Origin: an uncultured Lachnospiraceae bacterium
Lineage (GTDB): Bacteria; Bacillota; Clostridia; Lachnospirales; Lachnospiraceae
Length of the DNA: 37,050 bases
Assembly: GCA_902783965.1 (NCBI GenBank)
Contig: CACZSY010000098.1
Span: forward strand, 1-37,050
Direction of reading: 5' to 3'
The translations under genes were made by a program, and so were the position numbers. Positions 8,446 through 17,585 of this stretch are shown here, one piece after another. Position 1 is the first letter of the stretch. Each line of letters opens with the position of its first letter. Below the pieces are notes generated by a model, which was not told where the DNA came from, searched no databases, and saw nothing but the letters and a program-made list of their open reading frames with translations.

Positions 8446-9921
8446 TCAGCCTGCCAGTGTGTAGATCGCATCGTATACGTTCTGTGATGCCTTATCAAGC
8501 GCAGTCTGTATAGAAGCGATGTCCGTATACTTCTTTTCTCCGTCTTTTCTGAAGGCGTCCTTTGCAAGATCGCCCATCAGCGTCTGTACCGGCGACCAGA
8601 TCTGGTCAACCGCCTTGATAGAAGGCATGAGCATTATCCTGCCCTCTTTAAGACTTGTGAAGATCTTATCTGCAACTCCGCCGTTCTCGGATGCAACATC
8701 AGAACGTGTAGGAGCTATGCCGAGCATCTGCGTTCTTTTGCTTATCATGTCATAAGAAGTTGCAAAATTAACGAACTCTATGCATGCATCTCTGTGCTTG
8801 GTGTAAGAGCTTATTCCGTAACCGTTCACGCCGCCCATTACGACTGTCTTTACGAAATCCGAATCGCTCATATCATCTGCATTTTTTGTAAGGTCGCCGT
8901 CCTTAGGCATAAGTCCCGGAAGCTCGATCATCTTAATGTTGTCCTGAGCTTTCTTTAACGCCTCATCTTTTGAAAGTCCTTCATCTTCATACTTTAATGC
9001 AAGCTTTTCAACGAAGAGAGCATAGGTATCAGGAGTTGAAACTGCCGCGAAAAATGTTCCGTTGGCAATCTTTTCATATCTTCCGGTAGTGATCGTGTCG
9101 TCGATGCAGCCTTCGTTCATAAGCGTCGCAAACTGGATAAGTCCCGATATTCCCTTTGCGCTGTCGCCTTTTCCGAATCCTATATCCTTGCTGTTATAGC
9201 TTCCGTCTTTATCGGTTCCAAACACATATCCGCCGTAAGAGAACAGGAATTCCGCATTCAGATAAAGGTTGTTAAATGATGACATAAATCCGAACTTCTT
9301 ATCCCTGTTCGGGCTGTCATCGGAATCGCGAAGCTGCTTTGAGTAGGCGTAAAGGTCGTTCCAGTTTTCAAAGAAATCCGGAACATCGTTTTTATTGTCA
9401 TCCCACTTCTCCTTCCAGTCCGAAGGAAGATTGTCCTCTCTGTAAAAGAGCATCGGCTCCTGAACATTTACCGGAACGCCGCAGGTATAGGTCTTTCCGT
9501 CATGAACGATGTTAAATGCTTCGAAGGCCTCCTTAGGAGTGGTCTTATAACAGTCAAGCTTTTCCACGTCGATAGCCATGATATGCTTGTCTTCCGCATA
9601 GGTCATGATCTTGTCATTTGCCTGATAGAGCACGTCAGGACCATATCCGTAAGGGCCGTTTTCCGCAAGATTGCTGTACTCTTCCATGTTGGCGTCCACA
9701 GCCTGTATCCCTTTATCCTTATAGGCTTCATTGAATGCTTTTAAGAGTTCGTCGAGATATCCCTTCTCCTTGGCAGTATCGTTTTCAAGTATTCTCAAAG
9801 TAATGGTCTCTCCGTTTTCACCCGGTTTTGCATCATCTTTTTTCCCGCAGCCTCCTGCTGCCAGTACGGTTCCAAACGCAAGCGCCACAACTGCAATTCG
9901 TGAAAATCTTCTAAGCTTCAT
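8446..9921 (-). CDS. Extracellular solute-binding lipoprotein (maltodextrin/oligosaccharide-binding, MalE-like)
   Basis: Lipobox (LAAGGCGKK). Size and position are those of a family 1 SBP upstream of the two permeases. Strong SD AGGAGG. Ends with TGA. Confidence 0.85.
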   Translation of the reverse strand: MKLRRFSRIAVVALAFGTVLAAGGCGKKDDAKPGENGETITLRILENDTAKEKGYLDELLKAFNEAYKDKGIQAVDANMEEYSNLAENGPYGYGPDVLYQANDKIMTYAEDKHIMAIDVEKLDCYKTTPKEAFEAFNIVHDGKTYTCGVPVNVQEPMLFYREDNLPSDWKEKWDDNKNDVPDFFENWNDLYAYSKQLRDSDDSPNRDKKFGFMSSFNNLYLNAEFLFSYGGYVFGTDKDGSYNSKDIGFGKGDSAKGISGLIQFATLMNEGCIDDTITTGRYEKIANGTFFAAVSTPDTYALFVEKLALKYEDEGLSKDEALKKAQDNIKMIELPGLMPKDGDLTKNADDMSDSDFVKTVVMGGVNGYGISSYTKHRDACIEFVNFATSYDMISKRTQMLGIAPTRSDVASENGGVADKIFTSLKEGRIMLMPSIKAVDQIWSPVQTLMGDLAKDAFRKDGEKKYTDIASIQTALDKASQNVYDAIYTLAG

Positions 9922-10006
9922 CAGTCATCCTCCTATTTTGTTAATGCCATCTGTTTTGTAATTGCCATCTCGTTATTCAGATCTCGCTCTGTGAAACAAA
10001 ATCTTG

Positions 10007-11644
10007 TTATCTCTGCCTGCTCTTTGCTAAGAAGCAGGGAGCTTTTCCGTCTGAGATATAAAGCTCTATTTCCTCTTCGTCCGTATATCTTTTAAGTATA
10101 AGCACATCATTTTCCGCATAGATCTTTACCTTCGCATCTGACGGCACATGCTCTTTCCTGAACTTTGCAAGTTCCCTTATTACATCAATGCTTTCTTTGT
10201 ATTTACCTTCCTCAATGCCCTTCCAGTCCATGCATCTTCTGCAGTCCGGATCGTAACCGCCCTCGGTAAGCGTCTCCGTTCCCTGGAAGATACAAGGCAT
10301 TCCCGGAAACATATAGAGCAGGGCAAGCGCGCTGTACATCCTGTCTTTATCTTTATTGACCTCGGAAAAGATCCTGTTGGTATCGTGGCTGTCTAAAAGG
10401 TTCATCATCATGGAATTGACCACATCATTGTTTCTTGCCAAAATATCATTCAGCCTATCGGCCATTCCCTGCGCGTCAAGTTTATCATGCGCGAAATAAT
10501 CAAGGCAGGCTTTGGTAAACGCGTAATTCATGATGCTGTCATACTGGTCGCCGCGAAGATAACTGCTCGCGTCATGCCAGTTTTCCCCGATTATCGCACA
10601 CTGCGGATTCTCATTCTTTATCGCCTTTCTGAAAAGTCTCCAGAAATAATGGCTCACCTCATCGGAAACATCAAGCCGCCATCCGTCTATCCCGTATTCT
10701 GTCACATAGTGTTTTCCGATCCCTATAAGGAAGTCCATGACCTCCGGATTGGAAGTGTTAAACTTAGGCATATACTCGCAGGCAGCGAACATTTCATAAT
10801 TCATAAGCTCTTTATCAGGTCTGTCGCCCCTTATGATGAACCAGTCATGGTATCTGGAATCCTTACCGTTCTTTATAACGTCCTGAAACTGCGAGAGCTT
10901 CTCGCTGCAGTGGTTAAACACCGCATCCAGTATGATCCTCATACCCTTCGCGTGGGCATTGTCTACAAGCTCCTTCAGATCCTCATTGCTTCCGAACTGC
11001 GGATCCACGAGATAATAATCGCTTATATCATATTTGTGGTTGGAAACGGATCTGAATACCGGAGTGAGATAGACTGTATCCGTTCCAAGGCTTTTGATAT
11101 GATCAAGCTTTTGGGTTATTCCCTTTAAATCTCCGCCCGCGAATGACTGCGGCGTCGGCTTGTCTCCCCACTTCATATTGATATAGGAAATGTCCTTGCT
11201 TTCATCGCCCATGTTGAACCTGTCAACAAATATCTGATAAACGCACGATCTTTTGGTCCATTCAACCTCTGGGAGCAGGTCTGCTTTATTGATATAAGGA
11301 TACTGGAAAAAATTATAAAAGCTCGTTGCGTAATCGTAAGTCTTCGTAACTCCGTCTTCGGAAAAATAATAATAATCCTCACCGTCATATAAATAGAAGA
11401 CATACGCAAGTCTTGTATCCGACAGTCTGAGCCTTACAGTGAAATAGTCAAAATCTTTTCCAGTAAAGGTCCTTTCCATCTCGCATTTCTTTCTCTCTGT
11501 CTGGATAACATATTTACTTTCATAGATTATCCACGCATTTTTGATATCCCCTTTTGCCGTCCTGAGCCTTATCGACATCTCATTTTCAGATACCGGAAAG
11601 CAGTAAGCGGAATCCATGGCATGATATATTGCAAATCTGTTCAT
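10007..11644 (-). CDS. GH13 alpha-glycosidase (cyclomaltodextrinase / maltogenic amylase-like), cytoplasmic
   Basis: GH13 regions DAVFNHCS, GWRLDVSDE, IIGENWHD and LLDSHDTNR. I prefer the ATG at 11644 (MNRFAIYH) because GGAGAA lies 7 nt upstream. The ORF track starts at 11656. Confidence 0.9.
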   Translation of the reverse strand: MNRFAIYHAMDSAYCFPVSENEMSIRLRTAKGDIKNAWIIYESKYVIQTERKKCEMERTFTGKDFDYFTVRLRLSDTRLAYVFYLYDGEDYYYFSEDGVTKTYDYATSFYNFFQYPYINKADLLPEVEWTKRSCVYQIFVDRFNMGDESKDISYINMKWGDKPTPQSFAGGDLKGITQKLDHIKSLGTDTVYLTPVFRSVSNHKYDISDYYLVDPQFGSNEDLKELVDNAHAKGMRIILDAVFNHCSEKLSQFQDVIKNGKDSRYHDWFIIRGDRPDKELMNYEMFAACEYMPKFNTSNPEVMDFLIGIGKHYVTEYGIDGWRLDVSDEVSHYFWRLFRKAIKNENPQCAIIGENWHDASSYLRGDQYDSIMNYAFTKACLDYFAHDKLDAQGMADRLNDILARNNDVVNSMMMNLLDSHDTNRIFSEVNKDKDRMYSALALLYMFPGMPCIFQGTETLTEGGYDPDCRRCMDWKGIEEGKYKESIDVIRELAKFRKEHVPSDAKVKIYAENDVLILKRYTDEEEIELYISDGKAPCFLAKSRQR

Positions 11645-11723
11645 TGTTTTCTCCATATTTAATGAATTTCATGAGTGCCTGAGGCAATTGGATGCCTCGG
11701 TTTTCAGGTGCAGCTGCCTGTCA

Positions 11724-12455
11724 TTACGCCGCTTTGATGCTTATAGTATCAAGCGCAGGATTTTCCGGATCGGTCGTAAGCGTTATCACATAAGTTCCCG
11801 CTGCGGCAACCTTGATATTGGTCTTCTTCGTATCGTCGTTAAGACCGCCGCCGCTGACCAGACAGTTCTCATCATATTCCGTCACACATCCGAAGCCCTT
11901 CTGTCCTTCCCACTGCCAGTCGGAAATGATCTGGAAATTGTCACCTTCATCAAACGCGGCAGTAAGAACAAATGTGTTCGGCGCGCTGTCGGACTTCTTT
12001 AATTCATACTTTTCCCTTACGCTTTCTTCAACGGAAGCGTTGGCCCACTTGCTGTCCTTAAGGAAACCTTCTTCAGCCTTGGTCTCACCAACCACATACC
12101 AGCGTCTGGTATCCTCGACAACCTTATTGTTCTTAAAGCTTCCGTACAGATTTCTGTCCTCCGTGAAGCTATCCTTTGAAAGATCCTTTTTCGAAACCTC
12201 AAGGAAAGAAGGAGTCTCGTACCAGCCTAAGAAATCATGATCTTCTTTCTTCTCATAATTTTCATAGGAAGCCTTGTCCAGAACCTTTCCCGATACCGCT
12301 TCAACCGAACCGAGCACAGTCTCACCGTCCATAAAGGTTATTTTAACCTTCTTCTCCTGCGCGTCGTTCCCGTTCTTTTCTTCTTCCTTGCTGCAGCCGA
12401 TAAACATGGCGCACGCAAGACAGACAACAGTCATTAAAACCAGAATCTTCTTCAT
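11724..12455 (-). CDS. Surface lipoprotein with an InlB B-repeat (Flg_new)-like N-terminal module and an uncharacterised C-terminal beta-rich domain; possibly glucan-binding
   Basis: Lipobox (CAMFIGCSK) and the FLGWYETPSF motif of Listeria-Bacteroides repeats. First gene of the GH13 / malEFG-like operon. The function is inferred from context only. Confidence 0.55.
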   Translation of the reverse strand: MKKILVLMTVVCLACAMFIGCSKEEEKNGNDAQEKKVKITFMDGETVLGSVEAVSGKVLDKASYENYEKKEDHDFLGWYETPSFLEVSKKDLSKDSFTEDRNLYGSFKNNKVVEDTRRWYVVGETKAEEGFLKDSKWANASVEESVREKYELKKSDSAPNTFVLTAAFDEGDNFQIISDWQWEGQKGFGCVTEYDENCLVSGGGLNDDTKKTNIKVAAAGTYVITLTTDPENPALDTISIKAA

Positions 12456-12489
12456 ATTCTACCTCCGAAAAACTTAAGTATTATAGTTT

Positions 12490-12505
12490 ACTTAATCGTT
12501 TAAGT
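12490..12505. promoter_or_regulatory. Candidate LacI-family operator (ACTTAATCGTTTAAGT)
   Basis: 16 bp palindrome, 14 of 16 symmetric, with a central CG as in AANCGNTT-type LacI/CcpA operators. It lies immediately downstream of the -10 of the operon promoter. Confidence 0.45.
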
Positions 12506-12507
12506 TA

Positions 12508-12536
12508 ACTATAGCACTTAGTCTCGTTTCTGTCAA
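12508..12536 (-). promoter_or_regulatory. Sigma-70 promoter of the lipoprotein / GH13 / malEFG-like operon
   Basis: On the minus strand, TTGACA (12531-12536), 17 nt, TATAGT (12508-12513). Confidence 0.65.
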
Positions 12537-12614
12537 CACCCAATTGCCTTTTGATCGTTTTCATCTCATCTGCGACCCAAAATTCCACCGTCAGACAGTC
12601 CTTAGACAGTAACC

Positions 12615-12646
12615 TTGACATCCCGCGCAAATTATTTTATTATAAT
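12615..12646 (+). promoter_or_regulatory. Sigma-70 promoter of the MraY-like gene
   Basis: TTGACA (12615-12620), then TATTAT at 17 nt spacing or TATAAT (12641-12646) at 20 nt. An 80 nt leader follows. Confidence 0.5.
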
Positions 12647-12728
12647 ATGATGACACCGGGGGACAAAAGGATAAAGAAAAACAATTATCCCCCCTTGATA
12701 ACGGATTTTTTTATATTTGGAGGCTTTT

Positions 12729-13685
12729 ATGATCCACTTCTTATTAGACGGCAATTATCCCGTTATTGCATTTATAGGCACGCTATTCGCATTCGCTCTC
12801 ACATGTTTGCTCATATCAAAGCTGAATATATATCTACCAAAGGATATCGGCCGCGACTTTGCCCACGACGGAAAGCTTTCCGCGGGAAAACCAAGAGGAG
12901 CGGGAATAATCTTCATACTGGTATTTGCCGCGAGCGTATTGATATTTGACAGATTAAAGACAGAACTTCTTATATATATAGGACTCATCGTGATCGAAAT
13001 GCTCACCGGTTATTTCGACGATGCTTCCGACAAACCCTGGAATGAATATAAGAAAGGATTATTGGATCTCATAGTCGCCATAACCACGGCAGTTACCTAT
13101 ATTCATTATAACGGCACGAATGTCCGTCTGGCTTTATTCAATTATAACTTTGAACTTCCTGCCATAGTATTCGCCATACTTACCGTAATACTGGTTTGGG
13201 TTTCGATAAATGTCACCAACTGCTCGGACGGCGTTGACGGTCTTTCCGGCACGCTCACCTGCATAACGCTCGTAAGCATATATGTTATTTATGACATCCT
13301 CGGAAAAGGCGGTGACATGGCGTTCTCGATACTGCTCTTTATCGTCTGCCTCTTAGGATACCTGTGGTACAATGCCACTCCTTCAAAGCTTATGATGGGA
13401 GACGCCGGTTCAAGAGCCATGGGAATATTCATAAGCATTGCCATCCTTAAGACGGGAAGTCCGTTCCTCTACCTGGCAGTCGCGTTCATGCTCATAGTTG
13501 ACGGCGGACTCGGACTTATCAAAGTAGCGCTGCTGAGATTCCTTAAGATACATATCTTAAAGAATACCCGCACGCCGATACATGACCATGTAAGAAAGAA
13601 TCTCGGCTGGTCGAACACACAGACAGTATACAGATTCGCGATAATACAGATCGTTATATCACTTGCTACCGTACTGGCATTTTAG
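12729..13685 (+). CDS. MraY/WecA-family polyprenyl-phosphate sugar-phosphate transferase (MraY paralog)
   Basis: Ten-TM-type protein with GYFDDASDK and NVTNCSDGVDGLSG motifs and a C-terminal PIHDHVRKNLGW where MraY has PxHHHxExxGW. GGAGG lies 5 nt upstream of the ATG at 12729. Confidence 0.8.
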   Translation: MIHFLLDGNYPVIAFIGTLFAFALTCLLISKLNIYLPKDIGRDFAHDGKLSAGKPRGAGIIFILVFAASVLIFDRLKTELLIYIGLIVIEMLTGYFDDASDKPWNEYKKGLLDLIVAITTAVTYIHYNGTNVRLALFNYNFELPAIVFAILTVILVWVSINVTNCSDGVDGLSGTLTCITLVSIYVIYDILGKGGDMAFSILLFIVCLLGYLWYNATPSKLMMGDAGSRAMGIFISIAILKTGSPFLYLAVAFMLIVDGGLGLIKVALLRFLKIHILKNTRTPIHDHVRKNLGWSNTQTVYRFAIIQIVISLATVLAF

Positions 13686-13713
13686 ATCGATAAGAGGAAA
13701 AGAAAGTGTGCAT

Positions 13714-13752
13714 AAAAAACAGGATCTCCGATCGGGATCCTGTTTTTCTTTT
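13714..13752. terminator. Bidirectional rho-independent terminator between the MraY-like and alaA genes
   Basis: AAAAAA, CAGGATC, 9 nt loop, GATCCTG, TTTTTCTTTT. Confidence 0.75.
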
Positions 13753-13766
13753 ATATCCTTTTATAT

Positions 13767-14984
13767 TTAACCCTGTCTGTATGTACTTAAGAAATCCGCC
13801 AGCTTTTTAATCGATTCCTCAAGTATCTCTATACGAGGAAGATAAACAACCCTGAAATGGTCAGGCTCGCTCCAGTTAAAGCCGCCGCCGTGTATGATAA
13901 GTATCTTCTTCTCTCTAAGAAGATCAAGAGCGAACTGCTCGTCGTTGGTTATATTGAACTTATTGACATCGATCTTCGGGAAGATGTAAAATGCCGCCTT
14001 AGGCTTTACCGCGCTTATTCCCGGAATGTCGTTAAGGGCCTTATAGATGAATTCTCTCTGCTCGTAAACCCTTCCTCCCGGAACTATATAATTCGTAACG
14101 CTCTGATATCCGCCGAGAGCCGTCTGTACTATGGACTGTGCAGGAACATTCGAGCAGAGTCTCATGTTCGAGAGCATATTTATTCCCTGGATATAGTCCT
14201 TTGCCAAATCCTTTCTGCCCGAAAGTACCATCCATCCGATACGGAATCCCGCTATCATGTGGGACTTCGAAAGGCCTGAGAAGGTTACGCAGAAAAGGTC
14301 CGGGGCAAGGCTCGCGATAGAAACATGCTCTTCGCCGTCCATGACAAGTCTGTCATATATCTCATCCGAAAAGATTATGAGCTGATGCTCCCTCGCGATC
14401 TTAACGATCTCCATAAGAACCTCTCTCGGATACAGGGCGCCCGTAGGATTGTTCGGATTGATAATTACTATAGCCTTGGTATTCTCATTTACTTTCTTCT
14501 TGATATCGTCAATGTCCGGGTACCATTCCGCAGACTCATCGCATATATAATGAACTGCGGTTCCGCCGGCAAGCGTTACGCAGGCAGTCCACAGCGGATA
14601 GTCGGGAGAAGGCACTAAAACCTCATCACCTGTATCAAGAAGGGCTGACATTGAAAGATTGATAAGCTCGCTTACTCCGTTTCCGGTATATATATCTTCT
14701 ATTCCCACTCCCGGGATATTCTTGTTCTGCGCGTACTGCATTATAGCTTTTCTCGCCGCGAAAAGTCCCTTTGAAGCCGAATATCCTTCGCATTCTGTAA
14801 GCTGGCTTCTCATATCATATATAACTTCATCCGGTGTACGGAAACCGAAAGGAGCAGGGTTTCCGATATTAAGCTTAAGCACCTGTGTTCCCGCCGCCTC
14901 CATTCTTGCGGCTTCCTCCACAACAGGTCCTCTTACGTCATATAAAACATTATTAAGCTTAACGGATTTTCTGAATTGTCTCAT
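13767..14984 (-). CDS. alaA: PLP-dependent aminotransferase, AlaA-type (glutamate-pyruvate aminotransferase)
   Basis: 405 aa and collinear with my recollection of E. coli AlaA. Shared segments include LKLNIGNPAPFGF, IINPNNPTG, the PLP lysine in SGLSKSHMIAGFRIGW, and MRLCSNVPAQ. Confidence 0.85.
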   Translation of the reverse strand: MRQFRKSVKLNNVLYDVRGPVVEEAARMEAAGTQVLKLNIGNPAPFGFRTPDEVIYDMRSQLTECEGYSASKGLFAARKAIMQYAQNKNIPGVGIEDIYTGNGVSELINLSMSALLDTGDEVLVPSPDYPLWTACVTLAGGTAVHYICDESAEWYPDIDDIKKKVNENTKAIVIINPNNPTGALYPREVLMEIVKIAREHQLIIFSDEIYDRLVMDGEEHVSIASLAPDLFCVTFSGLSKSHMIAGFRIGWMVLSGRKDLAKDYIQGINMLSNMRLCSNVPAQSIVQTALGGYQSVTNYIVPGGRVYEQREFIYKALNDIPGISAVKPKAAFYIFPKIDVNKFNITNDEQFALDLLREKKILIIHGGGFNWSEPDHFRVVYLPRIEILEESIKKLADFLSTYRQG

Positions 14985-15011
14985 CCCGACACCTCCAAAT
15001 TTGTCTTTAAC

Positions 15012-15041
15012 ATTATCTCACATGATAACACTTTTTCGCAA
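15012..15041 (-). promoter_or_regulatory. Sigma-70 promoter of alaA
   Basis: On the minus strand, TTGCGA, 18 nt, GATAAT, directly downstream of the terminator hairpin at 15050-15069. Confidence 0.5.
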
Positions 15042-15069
15042 AAAATCAAGAGGGTGGAAAACCACCCTC
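15038..15069 (-). terminator. Rho-independent terminator of the sigma factor / vWA operon
   Basis: GAGGGTGG, UUUU loop, CCACCCUC, followed by UUGAUUUUUU on the minus strand. Confidence 0.75.
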
Positions 15070-15207
15070 CGTAGTAAATTTGAAACTCCCTCGCAAGTCC
15101 CGGCACCGGATCCGGGTCGGCTTTAACTGACATATTACCTGTCCGGATCCGCGCGCATCCTCGCGGAGCGTTATCTCGGTCGAAGATCGTACTCATACCG
15201 ATATATA

Positions 15208-16938
15208 TTATTGTGGCTGAGGTGTAGGATCCGCCGGTTTTTCAACCTTGGTTCCTTCATATTCTATTCCGCAGTATTCAAGGATTATGCGGATCATCAT
15301 GTCGTTAAGGTATTCGCTGCTGTATTCATTATCCTTAACAGGAGTCTCGTGCGAATATCCGACGCCGCTGTTATCATCAAGGAATATATAGGTTCCGCCT
15401 GTCATTACAGACATTGCGCGAAGGATCTGATGTGTCTCCTCGTCAGCGCCGCTGGCAGCGATCGGGATTATCCTTATTCCTTTTGCTGAAGCTGCACTTA
15501 TAAGCTTCACAAGCTCTTCCTTAACTTCCGAGTCATCATGAGGAGGCGCGTCGAGAACAAGAAACATAAGCTTGATCGTGCCGTCTTCAGCCCAGCTGTG
15601 ATCGTTGATGGCGTTATCTAATGCTGTATGAACTGCCTCAGGGAAATCCCCGCCGCCGTCCGCGCTCTGCTTGTTGATGATCTCGTTTACTTCATTAGGG
15701 TCATCTCTGAAATCATAGTACTGTACCACGTAATCATCGCCTTCATCACGGTAGAAGTTAACGCTGGTTTTTACATCATTAATGCCTTTTTCTGCAACGG
15801 CTTCGTCAACCCTGCTTATTACATCCGAAAGCTCTGCCTTAAGATAATCAAGTTCATCACCCATTGAACCGGTAGTATCTATAACATACATTATCTGCAG
15901 TTTACTGATATCGGATACTTTTACAGCATCTTCTTTTATCTTGATCTCTGCTTCACCCTTGCTGTTGACTACATCGGAAGCCTTAAAGCTTTCACTGCTA
16001 TCGCCTTTAGATACGACGATTGTATCATATGAATCAGCATTTCCGTTATTGCCTTTATACGAATGGAAAAGGTAAGCAATTCCTTCATTATTGGTAACTG
16101 CTTCGTATACTTTCTTGTCACCTGACATAAGCGCTACCTTAAGATCAGCCGCCGGTTTGTCATCACCTGTAAGAACAGTAACCTCAATGCGGTTTTCAGG
16201 GCAGAAAGTCCATCTTGTAAGTATGTCCTTATCCATTGAATGAAGATAATTATCCCAGTTCTTAAGATCCCTTAACTCACCGCCTGTAAGCGTTCCCGCC
16301 TTTGCGTCAGGGTAAATATTGGTATCAGGTACAGGTTCAGGCAATATTTCGTATTCACCATCTGTCTTCGGATCATACGGAGCAGCTTCGGCAGGTTCAT
16401 CTGCCGGAGAGACCGCTGGACTTGAGGTTGCTTTCGGCTCGGAATCCGAGATGGATTTTTCTGTATCACATATAACATCACTCCCATAGGATTTGCCCGA
16501 TTCCGGAGCAAATTCCGATTCTGTGATCATATCAACTTCTTTATATGCGTCATCACCGTCTATACTCCCATTTCTCTCCCTGAGACCGATCGCACCGTCG
16601 TTGTATTCAGGCTTTGAATCACTCTCTGTCTTATCCTTGCCGCCCGGTTTTGATACGTTGATCTTATTCGGAGCTTCCACTGTCTTGGTCGCGCTTTCAT
16701 TTATCTGCTCCTGCGCTGAATCAAGAGGCTTTATCACCATAAATGTAAATGCTGCCGCGCTCACCAGAAGCGCTGCTGAAAGTCCGCCGATAAGAGGTCT
16801 TCTGTAATTCTTTGCGCTGCTTATCGGAGTAACGTTAGTTCCCGCTTCCCCCTCCGTCTTAAGGCATTCCTGCGGAAGCACTTTATCTGCCGGAGGTACA
16901 GGCATATTGTCCACATATTTTTGCAAATCTTTCTTCAT
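15208..16938 (-). CDS. Single-pass membrane protein with an extracellular vWA domain; putative anti-sigma factor
   Basis: Short cytoplasmic N-terminus, then a TM helix (LIGGLSAALLVSAAAFTFMVI) and an acidic/Pro-rich linker. Next is a prealbumin-like beta domain, then a vWA domain with a MIDAS-like YVIDTTGSMGDE. It lies directly downstream of the sigma factor gene. Confidence 0.7.
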   Translation of the reverse strand: MKKDLQKYVDNMPVPPADKVLPQECLKTEGEAGTNVTPISSAKNYRRPLIGGLSAALLVSAAAFTFMVIKPLDSAQEQINESATKTVEAPNKINVSKPGGKDKTESDSKPEYNDGAIGLRERNGSIDGDDAYKEVDMITESEFAPESGKSYGSDVICDTEKSISDSEPKATSSPAVSPADEPAEAAPYDPKTDGEYEILPEPVPDTNIYPDAKAGTLTGGELRDLKNWDNYLHSMDKDILTRWTFCPENRIEVTVLTGDDKPAADLKVALMSGDKKVYEAVTNNEGIAYLFHSYKGNNGNADSYDTIVVSKGDSSESFKASDVVNSKGEAEIKIKEDAVKVSDISKLQIMYVIDTTGSMGDELDYLKAELSDVISRVDEAVAEKGINDVKTSVNFYRDEGDDYVVQYYDFRDDPNEVNEIINKQSADGGGDFPEAVHTALDNAINDHSWAEDGTIKLMFLVLDAPPHDDSEVKEELVKLISAASAKGIRIIPIAASGADEETHQILRAMSVMTGGTYIFLDDNSGVGYSHETPVKDNEYSSEYLNDMMIRIILEYCGIEYEGTKVEKPADPTPQPQ

Positions 16939-17027
16939 AACAATCTTCCTTTCTGAACTAAACCCATTCGCGGAGCCTCCCTGCCTTTGCAGGCGGTACT
17001 GTAAAAACGCCGCGGTGTTATTGAATC

Positions 17028-17585
17028 CTATCCGAGCAGTTCTTTAAGATGCTTTAACGCTCTCTGGTGCTTCTTTTGACAATTGGCAACCGATATTCCC
17101 GTTATCTGCGATATCTCAATGTAAGTATAGCCCATTACCGTCTTTAAGATGACTATGTTCCTTGAATCCGGATCCAGGCTTTCCATCGCTTTTTTCAGGC
17201 TGTCGTCGGCATTCTTTGAAAGATCTTCCACTACCTTCCCCGCTGCGTCCGACTGCGCGATCAGCTCCGTATCTTCCGACGGGATCTCCGCTTTTCTCTT
17301 GCGGATTATGGCGCAGGCCGCATTGTTGATAATGGTAAGCATCCATGAGAGGGCTTTGGAAACATCCTTTAACTGGGAGGAATTCTTATATATCTGAAGC
17401 AGTCCGTCCTGCAGTGCGTCCTCTGCAAGCTGATAGTCTCCGACAATGTTGTAGGCCACGGTAAACATCTGTCTTCCGGCAAGATCATATATATCTTCGA
17501 GTGCACTTGATCTTCCGGCAATAAGCTCTTCAAATAATGATGCGCATTGGCTGCTAAGCTGCTTTTTCTGTGAATTAAATACCAT
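17028..17585 (-). CDS. RNA polymerase sigma-70 family factor, ECF-like (group 4)
   Basis: 185 aa. Region 2-like DALQDGLLQIY and region 4 HTH (YTYIEISQITGISVANCQKKHQRALKHLKE). SD AGGAGG. Confidence 0.85.
   Translation of the reverse strand: MVFNSQKKQLSSQCASLFEELIAGRSSALEDIYDLAGRQMFTVAYNIVGDYQLAEDALQDGLLQIYKNSSQLKDVSKALSWMLTIINNAACAIIRKRKAEIPSEDTELIAQSDAAGKVVEDLSKNADDSLKKAMESLDPDSRNIVILKTVMGYTYIEISQITGISVANCQKKHQRALKHLKELLG

Noticed and set aside
14985-15207. T-box or other riboswitch leader controlling alaA, suggested by a GC-rich structured region ending in a terminator just upstream of alaA
   Set aside because: A good promoter (TTGCGA, 18 nt, GATAAT) lies downstream of the terminator. The hairpin therefore terminates the upstream sigma/vWA operon rather than attenuating alaA. 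I found no T-box consensus (GGGTGGTACCGCG) and no specifier-loop features.
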